A stretch of DNA of 64,000 nt from Podarcis pityusensis (lineage: Eukaryota), in the NCBI GenBank assembly GCA_964106645.2, contig OZ067040.1; one strand, written 5' to 3'. Shown piece by piece: positions 25,690-38,800 of this stretch (position 1 is its first letter; the number at the start of each line of letters is the position of its first letter). Both the position numbers and the translations under genes were made by a program. Under the pieces are notes generated by a model. The model saw nothing but the letters and a program-made list of their open reading frames with translations, had not been told where the DNA came from and did no database searches.

Positions 25690-25825
25690 CAGGCTTCCTC
25701 AACCTCGGCCCTCCAGATGTTTTTGGCCTACAACTCCCATGATCCCTAGCTAGCAGGACCAGTGGTCAGGGATGATGGTAATTGTAGTCTCAAAACATCT
25801 GGAGGGCCGAGGTTGAGGAAGCCTA
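25690..25825. mobile_element. Young hAT-like palindromic MITE in the inferred METTL24 3' UTR
   Basis: AGGCTTCCTCAACCTCGGCCCTCCAGATGTTTT is perfectly inverted at the other end; 8-bp TSD (T/A)TATAGAA. Confidence 0.9.
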
Positions 25826-25994
25826 ATATAGAAGCTATGCCTTCCCACTTTTGTTGGGGAACAAAAATATATATTATATACCATAGCTGCTGTATTTGCA
25901 CTTTGGATAATTTTTGACAGTGCATCTCTGAACTCACCTTCAATAGTACCGTTGAAGGGGATGAGTCGCAGTTCTGTTCTGTAGGCCGAAGCCC

Positions 25995-26309
25995 CTATTT
26001 CCATCTTGTATTCACCCAGCTCAGTGTATAACAACTACTTGCGTTGAAGGCTTCCCTTTTTAGGAACATCTGTGGTTTTGATAAGTCTTTGTAAGTGTGA
26101 AAAAGCCTGAAGTCTTTCAATTCTAGCTCTTTGAGGAGACTGTACCAGTACCGAACCACAGTGCTGTCATTGCCGCTGACCTCAAATCCCGGCCAATGAA
26201 CATGGATTTCCAAGACCAGTTGCCCTATGTGTTCCACAACGTCCTCTAGGATCAGGTTTTCCAAAATTTTCCACTCTGCACTTTCCATATCTGCTTTGAG
26301 GATATCGAT
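25995..26309 (-). CDS. METTL24: METTL24 terminal coding exon ([19 protein letters not shown]...[14 protein letters not shown])
   Basis: Minus-strand ttacag acceptor at 26310-26311; 315 nt to TAG; ORF 25995..26357. Confidence 0.95.
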   Translation of the reverse strand: MDILKADMESAEWKILENLILEDVVEHIGQLVLEIHVHWPGFEVSGNDSTVVRYWYSLLKELELKDFRLFHTYKDLSKPQMFLKREAFNASSCYTLSWVNTRWK

Positions 26310-29300
26310 CTGTAACAGTATGACAAGAAAGCATGAAAAAGAGGCTCCTTGTTTCATAAATCAATTGTCATATGAATCAACTATATATTTAATATATCAA
26401 GCCTCATCAGGGAGGCCGTTTCCATGTGATTATTAGAGGTTAGAATGGTAGATTATTTACCATAGAAAAGAGATTGCAAAGGAGGTATAAAAAGAACTAA
26501 TTATTAGAAAACAGAGACATGCATTATGGTGAGATCACAACTGACTTCCACATGTGCAAATAAGACCTATGCTTCCTTTCTTCATTGCAGCCCCCCCCCC
26601 CCCCCGGGCAATCTGCTTTGGAGTTTGGTGAGCCACTGGAGGAGATGGAAGGGGCTGCAGGGAACAGAAGAAGCAGCCTCATCATATCTGTTAGCATATT
26701 GTCGGGTCCTGTGCATAGTATTCTATGCACTACTAATAAATTCATGTTCCAGGTGTGGATCCTTATGTAACTGAACAGTTCTTTGTGCGGATACTGGTTG
26801 TATCTTAACAGCCACTGGAACATCCATACTCCCTTTCATATAACACAATAATGATAGATAACCTGATAAAAATTATCATGCAGAAGACTTCCCAAATAAA
26901 AGACCACACACACACTCCTACAACACAGAGAGATGCACCAGCCAAGAGTTTGTCAAGAGCGATTGCTCAGCTGTCCTGACTACCCTTTGACTGACTTGGC
27001 TGAACGAAGTGCTATCTGTCGTTTCCATGGGCACTCGATTCATTCCTAGATACAAATTTCTTCCTGATTGCTTCACAGTTTCAACAGTCACAGATAACTT
27101 GGCTTTTAGGCATCCTTGCTGGGGAGCAAGTCCCATTGAACTAAATGTGAGTTATGGTACTTCTAAGTAGATGTCTGTAAGATTGTGCCATTAGCATCTA
27201 TGGAACATTTTAAGAAAAAGGAAATCCTTTCTCTTGTCATAGTCTCTCCTGGTGAAAGGAAAAGTCACTATCAGGAACCAAAATAAAAGACTTTATTAAT
27301 GTGGAACTTGAGAAGCAAATGTCACAATAGCATCCACATTTCCCATGAAAATTATTTCAAGTATGGTGGCTGGTGTTCCTTCCTTAGCCTCTGCACTGCC
27401 TATGCCCCCAATAGATCTAAAGGCAATTACAACAAATGACAATCATTAGGAGTAGGAGCCAGCCAAAGTTCAGCACTTTCAAATTCCACTATTTCAGCAG
27501 CAGAGTCAAGTATGGGTTGAACCTTTGGCTTCAGGTGGAACATGACTATGGAAAACAAGAGACATCAGTGGAAGTGGTAAGGAAATGATTGTGGCTCATG
27601 GCTGTGAGCACCAAACTCCAGGATAATGAGTTGCTCTTAAATATCCCAGTGTGGTACATTTTACTATATAGTCCCTACATCATGCAAGGCTATTTAAAGG
27701 AACTAAGCTTATAGATTGCTTTTTTAAACAGGACTAGAGCATTCCCTTGAGACTGGATGTCAAACATCTGAAAGGCACTCATCTCTTCTAAAGAAGAAGT
27801 ACAAACATGGAATGCTATGCAGATGTTTGCTTAAGTATATTAATTACTGCAGGACTGCTACTACTGCCAAAGAAAAATCCCTATTAATGCTTTTGCAGAA
27901 GAGGATTCATAGCAATTTCCTTACTGTGCGTGAAAGAGAACCTAGACTACTTAGTATTCACGTCAGACATTTGTTGTCTCCACCCAGATCCACAGCTGTC
28001 AGTTTATGTCTTCCAAAAGGAGAAAAGAAAAAGTCCATCTTGGAAGATGGAGAAAAGCATGCACTCGTCACCAGGCTCCATCTGGTGATAATTCAGTTGT
28101 GCCATCTCAGTTTTGCTATGTGCGCCATCTGCATGATTTTGCTTCATGCCCTGTTTAACTCTTCAATACCTATTAACTGCCTGCAATAATTAAATTAGGG
28201 TCAGAGCAGACAGTGCAACCTCTTTGTGGGGGCTGCTTGACAGAGCAAATGTGCTCACCCAGTGAACTACTTTTGTGTAGTGACCTACGGAGTGGATGGA
28301 TTTTCACCTGGGCAATCCTGGTGGTTGCTCTTTTTTCTATCTGTGTGGTGGGATCCCATACAGAAAATAATTCAATACATACAGTTAGGCAGCAAGCTCC
28401 TACTTAGGGCAATTGAAAATGACATCCACAAGACATCTGTTTGGTGCATTAGGTCTTAAATCTTTTTTTGTATTGGGACAAGTAACAAGAGGTTCAGATA
28501 TCGTACATCCCATATTTAATACGGTACAGGGGGAAACTGTCCTCCCCAAACAAAAAGAGAATTTAGACTACTTGGGAAATATGCTCATATTTGTACACAG
28601 GTAGGATTCATTCACACAATCCATCTGCTGCAGTCAAAAGCAATAGATGGTTCACGAAACAGAGGAAGCCTATTTGTGCAGGAATGTTTGCACATAGGTC
28701 ATTCACAATAAGCAGCCTGATAGGGAGTGGCAGGGGGAAGCCCCGCTGGGCAAGGCCCAAGACTCCCTGCCATGATCCACCACATGTAGAATTTACACAC
28801 ACCATTGAATTAGCCCTACAATTAGAATTCCAAGAGGGATTTCATCAGTTTCAGTTCAGTGGAGAAACAGCTGCATCTCATGCTAACAGCTGTTAGCCAG
28901 TATGATACAGGTCGAGAGAGAGGGTGGGTGGAAATGTATAAATGGTGAATATGCATTGCATTTAGTAAAATGTTAAAAGTATCATAAGATACACTTGAAA
29001 AATTAGTTTAGTTCCTGCAGTTGTGCAGAAATATTAAGCCACAGGCAACACATTTAACCATTAAAGTTCTTGTGCCTTCTGTAAACACCCAGCTCACTGG
29101 TTGCTATGTTTCCATGTGACATATAAGGTAACCAGGTATATCTGAATAGGAGTATCTTAAGATCTATTCGGAGAAAAATATGCTCCTCCATCAATTTTGT
29201 GGGTATTTTAAAAGAAACATCTCTCCGCCCCCCCGCCCACTGTTTCCAGTGGGAGGGGGAAAACAAGGAAGTGGTTTAAAGGAGCTCCTTAAGTAGACCA

Positions 29301-32300
29301 CATGTCATCCTCGTTTAGGTTTAGGGAATCCCTGGTGGCTGAGACAGCTTTGCACCCTTCAGAACCAAGCTGATTCCGAGTCCTTTCTCAAAACTGCCCC
29401 AACGCACACCGTTTCTGGCTCTTCTGATGTCAGAGCTCCAGTGTCGGTAGAGCCAAGATGCTGGAGGCTGCAGTGGCAGAAGGGAGGAGGGATCCAACAC
29501 CAGATCTCTCTGGCACTGCATGCTTGCATATGGTTTTAAATAAGAAGAAAGAGACATCTCCCTTACTGAAATAGTTACGTAGAAGAGGAGGGAATTTCAA
29601 CGGCTGCTACTTGTCTCACAAGCTGCGATTTCCAGGATTTTCTCTCTTGCACAACTATTGAAAGCATAGAGATCCTCTACTCCTTTGCAGTTGGTCCAGG
29701 GACCCTAAAGGAGGGGTAAATAACCAGTGGCTCTCCATATGTTGCTAGACTACAGCTCAAATCCTCCTTGACCATTGGCCATACTGGGGGAAACATATGA
29801 AAGTTCAACAACACCTGGAAGGCCACAGGTCTCCTCTGCTTTAGAGAAAAGCCAATGTACAGCATGGTAAAAAAATTAAGGGGGTTTCCAGTTTGCATAA
29901 CTATTGTAACTAGATATCTGACTGCCTTCTCATACAAGCATTTCCCTTTTCTTACACACCTGCAAATGCAACCTTTTCTTTTTTACATAAATAAGAATAA
30001 CTTGGCTTTTCCCCCTTTCCATTCCATCAGTGACAGGATGTTTTTTGGGGAAATGTTTCTGTCACATACCAGACCTTCAGGTTTGCACAATAAAAGTGGA
30101 TTAAGCTGCTCTTTCACCCTAGCACAACAAATCCACTTTTAAAAAATAAACAAACTTGTGTGGTTCAGAAAATGACAAGGAAATGCACTGAGGGTTCATC
30201 CAGACATCCTTTTCATGGTGCATTCATGGTGCTTTGTGCTCATGATGGGATCTACGCGCTCAGTGGTTTTTGGTTTTTTTTAAAAAAGAGGTGCTGGCAT
30301 TCATATATTGATAGTGTCAGGGGTTCAGGGACAGAGGCACAGGGTAGGCAGGAGATGGAGAGCGATGGGGATGAGTCCCAGGACAGCGAGGAAGAGGATG
30401 ACAATGACTCAAGAGATTCCATGAGTCTTTCCAGCGAATCAGAGGATTCCCAGAAGGGGGCGCCGGTGGTCAAGGCCAGGGGAGCCCCAGGGGGAACGTG
30501 TCAGGAGCAGGGGGCCAGCGGGGGATCCCAAAGTGGCAGCTGGGCGTCAGGACCAGCCTCCCTGCCAGAGTGCAGCGAAGGGGGTGGAGGTTCCAGTGTA
30601 TCAGGGGAAGCAGCTCCGGCAGCAGAGAAGGGAGGGAGGTCGGAGCAAGCCACCCTCCCGGAAGGGGAGGGGAGTAGTGAAGGGAGTAGTGTAGCTGTCA
30701 AAAGGAAGGTTAGAGGTTGGGCGCGCGCGCCAAGTTCAAATGTGGAGGCGCGCGGAAGTACAGGGAGCCCGGAGGAGGGGCCAGGTCCCAAAGCCCGCAG
30801 GAGGGGGCAAGAGCAATCTGGGGATTCCGCGTCAGAGGAATCCAGGAGGGGCGAAACCCCAGCGGGCAGGAAGACCCTGCGGAAAAGGAAAGAGAGAAAG
30901 AGGTGGAGCAGCGCAAGCCTCTTAAACTGGTGCAGGGGAGGGACTGACTCAGAGGGGACTTCAGCGGTCTAAGCGTAACAGACGTAGGGCTACGCGCCTC
31001 GGATGTGAAGCAAACAATGAACTGCAATAAACACTTTTGTATATAAGAAGAGATTGGCGTTGGTCTTTTGTGAGCTGAGACTTGAGGCAGCCCTGACAGA
31101 TAGGATTGCTCTGCCAGAATAAAACAGCTGCCATTGGCAGCAAAAGAACAGGTGCTGGTATTCCGCATAGGGAGTTACTGTCACAAAAATGCCCTGACAT
31201 GCAGCAATGTGTGATCCCATTTTCAATACTGTTTGCTCCTACAGAAGTTCTGGGATGGACATACTGCTTCATTTCCAATTGCTGCCTCTCCTGAAACTCT
31301 TCATGCTACAACAACAATAATAATAATTTATTATTTATACCCCACCCATCTGGCTGGGTTTCCCCAGCCACTCTGCGCAGCTTCCAACAAAAGATTAAAA
31401 ATACATTAAAACATCAGTCATTAAAAACTTCCCTAAACAGGGAATGTTCCAGGATTGTGTGTTACTGTTTTTGTCCAGCTTTTGCTGTGTCTCCAGATGA
31501 CAATAATTGCAGTAACAATGGGGAAGCATCACCGAACAACACATAAAGCAGAATCATGTGTGGACGGTCTATTGTTGCATCAACAACATTGTGAACAACA
31601 CACACACACACACACACACCTGTCGAGTGGCCTGAAGAGGGTGAGATGAATAAATAACTAATGGGAAGCTGTGAAAACACCCTGTAAGCAAATCGGGAAG
31701 AATGCTCATTGACTAAATCATAACAAATGCTTAATAAAGACCAGATATAATCTAATCTTGATGTAAGGATAGTGCACACAAGTCCAGATGAATACCCAGT
31801 ATATGGGTCATCTGGAGGGGCTTTTAGGTTGTGGTATTCTGGCTTTGATGCCTCCCTTCACCTCATGTACTCTCAAGTTAATGCCCAAAAGAGTTGACAG
31901 CCTTGCATTCAGGAGGACAAGCAGCAGGTATTTAGCTCATAACCTACAACATTCACAAAACTGAACTGAAATGTGACTGTTATGAACAGCATCTCCAGGA
32001 CAAAGTGAGCTGCCGGAAGAAGAAAAGCATAAGCTGTGCCTCTGTATCTGTTGCATACGGGAAAGCTCACAAAAGAAAGATGACAGTATTAAGAGATAGC
32101 AGGTAGCCAATTCAAAGTTTGACACTACCTGCACTGCTCACACAAAAATGTTCAGCATGCTTAGAAAAAGAAAAAAGATTGACAGAAAAGCACAGCATCT
32201 AAAATGCTCCAGCATCTAAAACCCAAAACAATGCCTGCCATGAAGGGCAGATTTCTACCCTCAGCTCTAAAAAAAAGGTGTGAGTAAGTAAAATAAAGAC

Positions 32301-32748
32301 ATGAACCAAATAGATGTGTCTTTCTACTCATGACTTTCTATACATTACTGTTGTGTTACTAGTGCACGTCATTCTGGACAGTTCTGTCACCAGACGTACA
32401 CACCCCACATACACACTAAATCCATGTCAGGCAAGGGGTGTGTGATTCTGTGGCCCTCCTGACAGGCCCTGCTAGCTGGCTGAGGAGAGTCCAGCAACAT
32501 CTGGAAGGCCAAAGCTCCCTCAGCCCTGATGTAAGGGCTGCTCTGGACGAGCACAGGCCTGTTCCAGTCAGAGCTCTAAGGAAAGAGGACAGCAGACATG
32601 TACTTAGCAACAGAAAAACAGATCTTTGTGGAAGTGGCAACATCACCACTCTTCCCATTGCACCCAGAATGAAGCCTAGAAAAGGCTACTCTGGGCAGAA
32701 CTATTATATATTGAATTAGAAAGTCTTCCTCTTTTTCTCTCTGTGAGA

Positions 32749-32822
<74 letters not shown>

Positions 32823-35800
32823 AGCACAGCTGTCTGCTCACTATAGGAAGAAGTCCAAGTGGGCAATGCTGCCATTATTGCTCATGTGCCCCTAAGCAAA
32901 ACAGGTGGTCATGCGACCATGCACACATTAAAACTACATTTTCCCAGACATTAATAGAATACTATAAGGCGGCTTCATGGTGTGCCAAAGATTGATTTTC
33001 CCTCCTTATTTCCAGATTCATTTTACAGTGTGGAACTGTAGGAAATTTCCAGGGAAGGAGCATAGCACATACTTTGCCTACTTAGTTCAATCCCTGATTC
33101 CATGGCATATTTAGCTAAAAGCATCACTTTGCTGCCTGAGATCCTGGAAAGCTGCCGTCAGTCAAGAGACATCAAGTCACAGGAAACTGCTTTATACAAT
33201 ATCAGACTTTGGTCCACCTAGCTCAGTTTTATCTACACTGGCAGTGGCTCTCCAGAGTTTCAGGTAGGAGTCTCTCCCAGTCTTGTCTGGAGATGCCAAG
33301 CACAGAATGTGGGACTTTCTGCATACATAGCAGATCCCCTGCCACTGAATTATGGCCCCTGCCCTAGACAATTTGGGGATGAATTGACAAAGAACCTGGC
33401 TTGGTGTAATGCACCTTCCTTTGTTCTCACAATGCACACTCCCTACTCCTGCAATTTGCTTGAACTGTTTTTAATTTCTGAATTTTAAATTGTCCTGAGA
33501 TCTGCTGCTGAAGGGCATGCAATAAACTTAGCAATAACACTGCTGCTGCTGATATTGTTGCACACCTAACCTTCATTATTTCAGGCTCAGTCATAAAAAT
33601 GGAGATGCCAAAGGAGTGTGCAGGTTCTGTGTCTTAAGCATTCTACCTACGCGCTGCTTATCACCAGGACACCATGAGCACCTGAAAAACATTTTATGTT
33701 CCTGCTGCAAATTACCCTCAGGAGAGACAAAAGAATGTTGCTTTAATGATTCACCATGCATTTGCCAGCATTATGTTCCGTGTATAATCTGTTTCCCTGG
33801 TGCTACATTGCCATTCTTCCACACGCTGATGCTGAGTATGGGAGACTGGGGAAAGAGGAGACAGATAAATTTCAAGTATACTTATGTTTACATGCAATTT
33901 CTTCAGCAACTGGAATGAAAAGTAATAAAGACTTCTAATTTCTAAACCCGCAGGCCCATAGCGCCTGCTCTACTCACAGCCGTGTGGAGCTGGTGCACTT
34001 AGCTGCTACAACAGCTACAAGGACGGATGAAATCCAGAGCTCATCAGAGAGCCTTGAGATAGCACTGACAATCCATTTCCGGTTTCTTTTATATGACCAA
34101 AAAACATACCGGGAGTGCACTTGTAGAAGTACTGAAAGGAATGTAACATGCCAACTGGACTCATTGTTGTGGCACAGTCCCAGCCTATGTCTTAAATTTT
34201 TTTTTTAAAGCTTCACAGTTCCCTCAGCTTCCATTCCCTAGAGGCAGGCAGACCGTGGAAGCTCCTGCCAAGTCTCAGTGCACAAGCTGTGCAAAGCTTG
34301 CTGTCTGGCAGGGGAGTTGGGCAACTCTGACAGTCATTAACGCTGTGATAGCCGCATCCCAAAAGGTGGTAACAGTACCTTTCCTGGCTATGTGCCACTC
34401 ATCAGACTGGCTTGCTCAGAGCCACCTGTCAATCAGAGCCCACCCGGACAAGGAACCCTTCACAATGGAATTTGGCCAATAAATTCACCGTCCATCCAAT
34501 CAACCTGGTGCTGCATTACTCAGGGGCCTATGTTTGTGAGTAACTACTTAGGATAGTTGCTTAGAAACTTAGATAGATACTTAGGATAGTAGCTCGGTCC
34601 CAGCTCCAGCCAACCTAGCAGTTCAAAAGCACGTCCAAGTGCAAGTAGGTACCGCTCCTGCGGGAAGGTAAACAGCATTTCGGTGCACTGCTCTGGTTTC
34701 ACCACAAGCAGCTTAGTCATGCTGGCCACATGACCTGGAAAAACTGTCTGCGGACAAATGTCGGCTCCCTCAGCCGGTAAAGCAAGATGAGACTTGCAAC
34801 CCCAGAGTCGTCCGTGACTGGACTTAACTGTCAGGGGTCCTTTACCTTTACCTTTTTACTTAGGATAGAGTAGACTTGGTATCAGGGCCAGATGAAGACA
34901 TGCTGAGACTATAACCCTAGTCAACTTTAAGAGATCCCACAGCACATGAAACACCTTTAAATGAAAGTACCTTCTGAATTCTTACTTAGCATATATGAAA
35001 ACTTTTTATGCTCAGGAACATAAAATCAGTTACACACATAGTTTAGCACTTAACGAAGCAGAAGAGGCATGCACCCTGTGTGTTATGCACATATCATAAA
35101 ATTTAGAAAGAATGAAAAAAGCATTTAGAGCCCCCTCTTAATCTGAGGCCTCAAGCTGTAGTTTACTTAGCATGAAATGTGTGAAGTGCTTTTTACTTCC
35201 TTTCATGCAGTATTCTGCCTTTCCCCTTTTTGTTCCCTTAAACCCTTTTCTCTTAAAACTGGTTGTAGGGGATTACTCATGTGTTGTTGTGACTGCTCAC
35301 AAGATAGTCTTCTCTCCAGGGTGCCTAGATCTCTGGGTCCATGCTGTTTTCATGTCTAGGGAGCACTGCGGGAAAGCTAGCTGCCCTCCTTCGTAGAGGG
35401 AGAGAGGCGTGGGCTGGATGCTCCCACATCTCCCTAACCAGGATGAATTGCTCACAGCCTTGAGCACTGCCCTTCTCTCAAAGTCAGAGGAAAAGGAAGG
35501 GCTGGTGGCAGCAGACCAAATGGTTAGAGACAGGAGCTGTTCCTGTTCCCAGGAGAGAGGGAGGGAATGAACTCTCAGGCTTTCGCTACAATAGTCAGGG
35601 CCAAGGGGGCCTTAATATCTGCAACAACAAGGTTAATGGGATTTCTGATATATCTGGCATTGACCTGAGTGCCATTTAAAGTTCCCTACAGAGAACAATC
35701 AGTTGAGAGTAAGTACCTGAGAGAAGCTATTTGCCAGCGTTATCACAGCATGTGATAAAAGCCACTAGAGAAAGCAAGATATCCCAATTTACCACACATC

Positions 35801-38800
35801 AGGTTTCCTGCATCTCTGCACATAACAAGAGATCATATCTGCAGTGCTTGGGTCCAAAGAGATTTAGGTTACATAGCCATAGTGTCAAAGTTAAGCACTG
35901 TAATCTTTTCTGGTTGGGAAAGAAGGGAGAAAATAATTTCCCTAGTTCCTATACTTTGCATGGATGACAAATCTACCACATTGTATATTTACATGTTTAA
36001 GCCATATGCAAATAAAGGAGTGGATTGTAACGATTTCCCTTCTTATTTGGGCTATTCAGGAAGAGTTCACCCTAACAGCTGTTCCATCACCATGACCTAT
36101 TCTTGGCATAGGGAGCATTTGGTGTTTTGCTCTTGTAGGATTTGTTTAGGATTCTGTTCCTGGGATATTAGTACCTCAATCAAGAGATACACACAAGGAC
36201 TGGATGAGCAGCACAACAAACACAGAGCACCACAAGCCTCCTTCATATAACGGCAGGATGGAAAACCTATCCAAGGGTCTGACCTCATGCCAATATATAA
36301 GGACTTCTCCTGCCTTTCAATACACAAGCGCGCGCGCGCACACACACACACACACTCAAGAGTAAAACACAGTCCAAGGCTACCCAGAGCTTAACCCTGG
36401 AAGCAAGGGTCTATTATCATTCCATAACTTCTACTATTAGGATGTTTAGGGCCTGCTGACACACCCATAAAAGCTATTAAGAAGAATGGCTTTAAAGCCT
36501 GAGACATCCTTTCTGTACTATCCTGAATTGTGGATTTCCCTGGACTGATCTGGGAGAAGGTTTCTTGCCAATAAAACCTGAATAAAAAAAGAACATAAAA
36601 AGAGCCCTGTTAGATCATCCAAAGGGGGTCATCCCTAGTCTAGTACAGTGGCGGAGCAACCTGCTCTGGCACTGGGAGTAGTGTATATCCGGGGGCGTGG
36701 CTGGCATGCATCCCAGGGGGTGTGGCGTGCCACTGGCAGGGGCATGGTACACGTCGGAGGGGTGCGCAGCAAGCAGTGTTGTCTCAGGACGTGTGCGGTG
36801 AGTAGCAAGCATCTCGAGGGTGCGCGCCAAGTGCCCTGGGGGGTGGGGGTGGCTGCGATGTCACCCCCCCAGGATGGGCCGCGATGTCACCCCCACCTTC
36901 GTCTGCCAGTAGTCTAGTATTGTTTTCAAGAGTGACCAGACAGATGCCTCTGGGAAACCTACAAGCAGAGCGTGAGGCCGCAGCCCTTGCTATTTTTTCT
37001 CCCCAGCATTGTGTAAGTAAAGGTGCAGCATCTTTGACTCTGGGCATTCTAATTAGCTCAAATAGTTAACAGCCATTGACAGGTTTTTCCTTCATGTATT
37101 TAGTCCTCAGACTCTACCTAAGAATAAGAACAGCCTGCTGGGTCAGGTCCCCGAGGCCGGTATTGCATCTTGTCCAGCATCCTCTTCTCACAGTGGCCAC
37201 CCAGAAGCCAATGGGAAGCCCACAAGCAGGACCTGAGTGCAACAACACTGTCCCCATCTTTGGTTTCTAGCAACTCTATATTGCCTCCAACAGTGAAGGT
37301 AGAACAGAGCCATTGGGTGAGTAGCCACCAATAGCCTTATCCACCATGAATTTGTCTAATCTCCTTTGGAAGTCTTCTAAGTTGGTAACCTGACCCCTTG
37401 AAAACTTCCCCTGTTCTTAACTTCACATTTCAGAGGCTTTCCTATGGTAGTAAAATGCAGCAGTTACTATAGAATAGAATATAGAATCCCCGTGGACTAG
37501 ACAAACTTTTGTAGAAATGACTGAGGTTGTCTTATTTACATTTCTATCTTTCTATGAAAAATATTGCACTAAAGGCAGGCAATTCATACTCTGCTGCACA
37601 AACTAAAACTCACACACTGTAAAAGCCTTAAAGTGCTGGCTTTCTTCCTCTTCTTCTTCTTCTTCTTTTTAAAAAAGCACCTTAACTTAATCTCTTCTGC
37701 CATCAACCATCAATAAAATGAGTTGCTCTCTCCCCCCATCCCCACAATACATTTAAAGCATGCCCAATGCACATTTAAAGCACTGGACTTCTCCCAAACA
37801 ATCCTGAGGACCATAGTTTCCCTTCACAACGTTGCAATTCCCAGGACCCTTCTCAAACAACAGTACCCAGGATTCCTTAGGGGAAGTGATGTGCTTTAAA
37901 TGAACACTGGATGTGCTTCAAACATACGGTGCGGATCTGCTAAAGATGAACTCGTGGACTGGAGGAAAAGATTCTGCTAACAATGGGCACAATCGAGTCC
38001 CAAAGGTAGGCATCAAAAGTTGAGGTTATGTTTAATTCTCTCACTGAGGTTAGTAGGACTCAGAGTGGAATCTTATGCATGTTTACTTGGAATCATCTGT
38101 AGTGCAAAAGAAAAATCCCATCTTATCTGCAGTTTTGATATGAAGTGCCACAGGCCCAGACACAGCTGGATTCCCTAGCATACCGGATGTTTACATAAAA
38201 GAATTCATTATTTACAACAGTGAGCCCCTGTTGCTCCTTTTTGACAGAAGAACAAATATTTGCAGCTTGTTTACACTGTTCTGGTTTTAAGCTATGCGGC
38301 AAGTTTGCAATACGTAACCAATCTCAATCAGCAGCCTCTCTCTGAATGTAAAAGCACGTTACAATGCATTTGAAATTATACCTGCAGCTGATTAGAAAGA
38401 GAAGTTTTATGTATTTCTAACACAAAGCAAATATTTAAACAAGCAGAAACATTACAGTATGTCACACATCACCCCAACCTCCGCGTGGTGCAAGATTCCA
38501 GGGGCTCCAGGCACTTCCACAGAATGTGAGACAGCAGAGACTGTGGTGCCTTTACGATATATGGTTTATTCACAAATACATACAACCTGAGCCTAAGTTG
38601 CAGGAGCTCACAGCGTTAACACCCCCAAAGGTCTTGCTTCCCCCATAGTCACAGCCTTGGATTCTAGCATAGACCAGTCATGCCTCTCTCCCAGCTTCTG
38701 CCCACTTGCAGCTCTCCACTCAGCTCACTCTGCCCTTGTTTTCCAAATACCGGCCAGGTGAGGGAGGGGGCCCATCCATTTGCCCTCTGGCAGAGAGCAA

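Noticed and set aside
30160-30354. N-terminal 65 aa of the listed 270-aa ORF 30160..30972 as part of a host gene
   Set aside because: It begins at a GTG in flanking intron and crosses the TSD into the element; only the ATG-initiated part inside the element is a credible unit.
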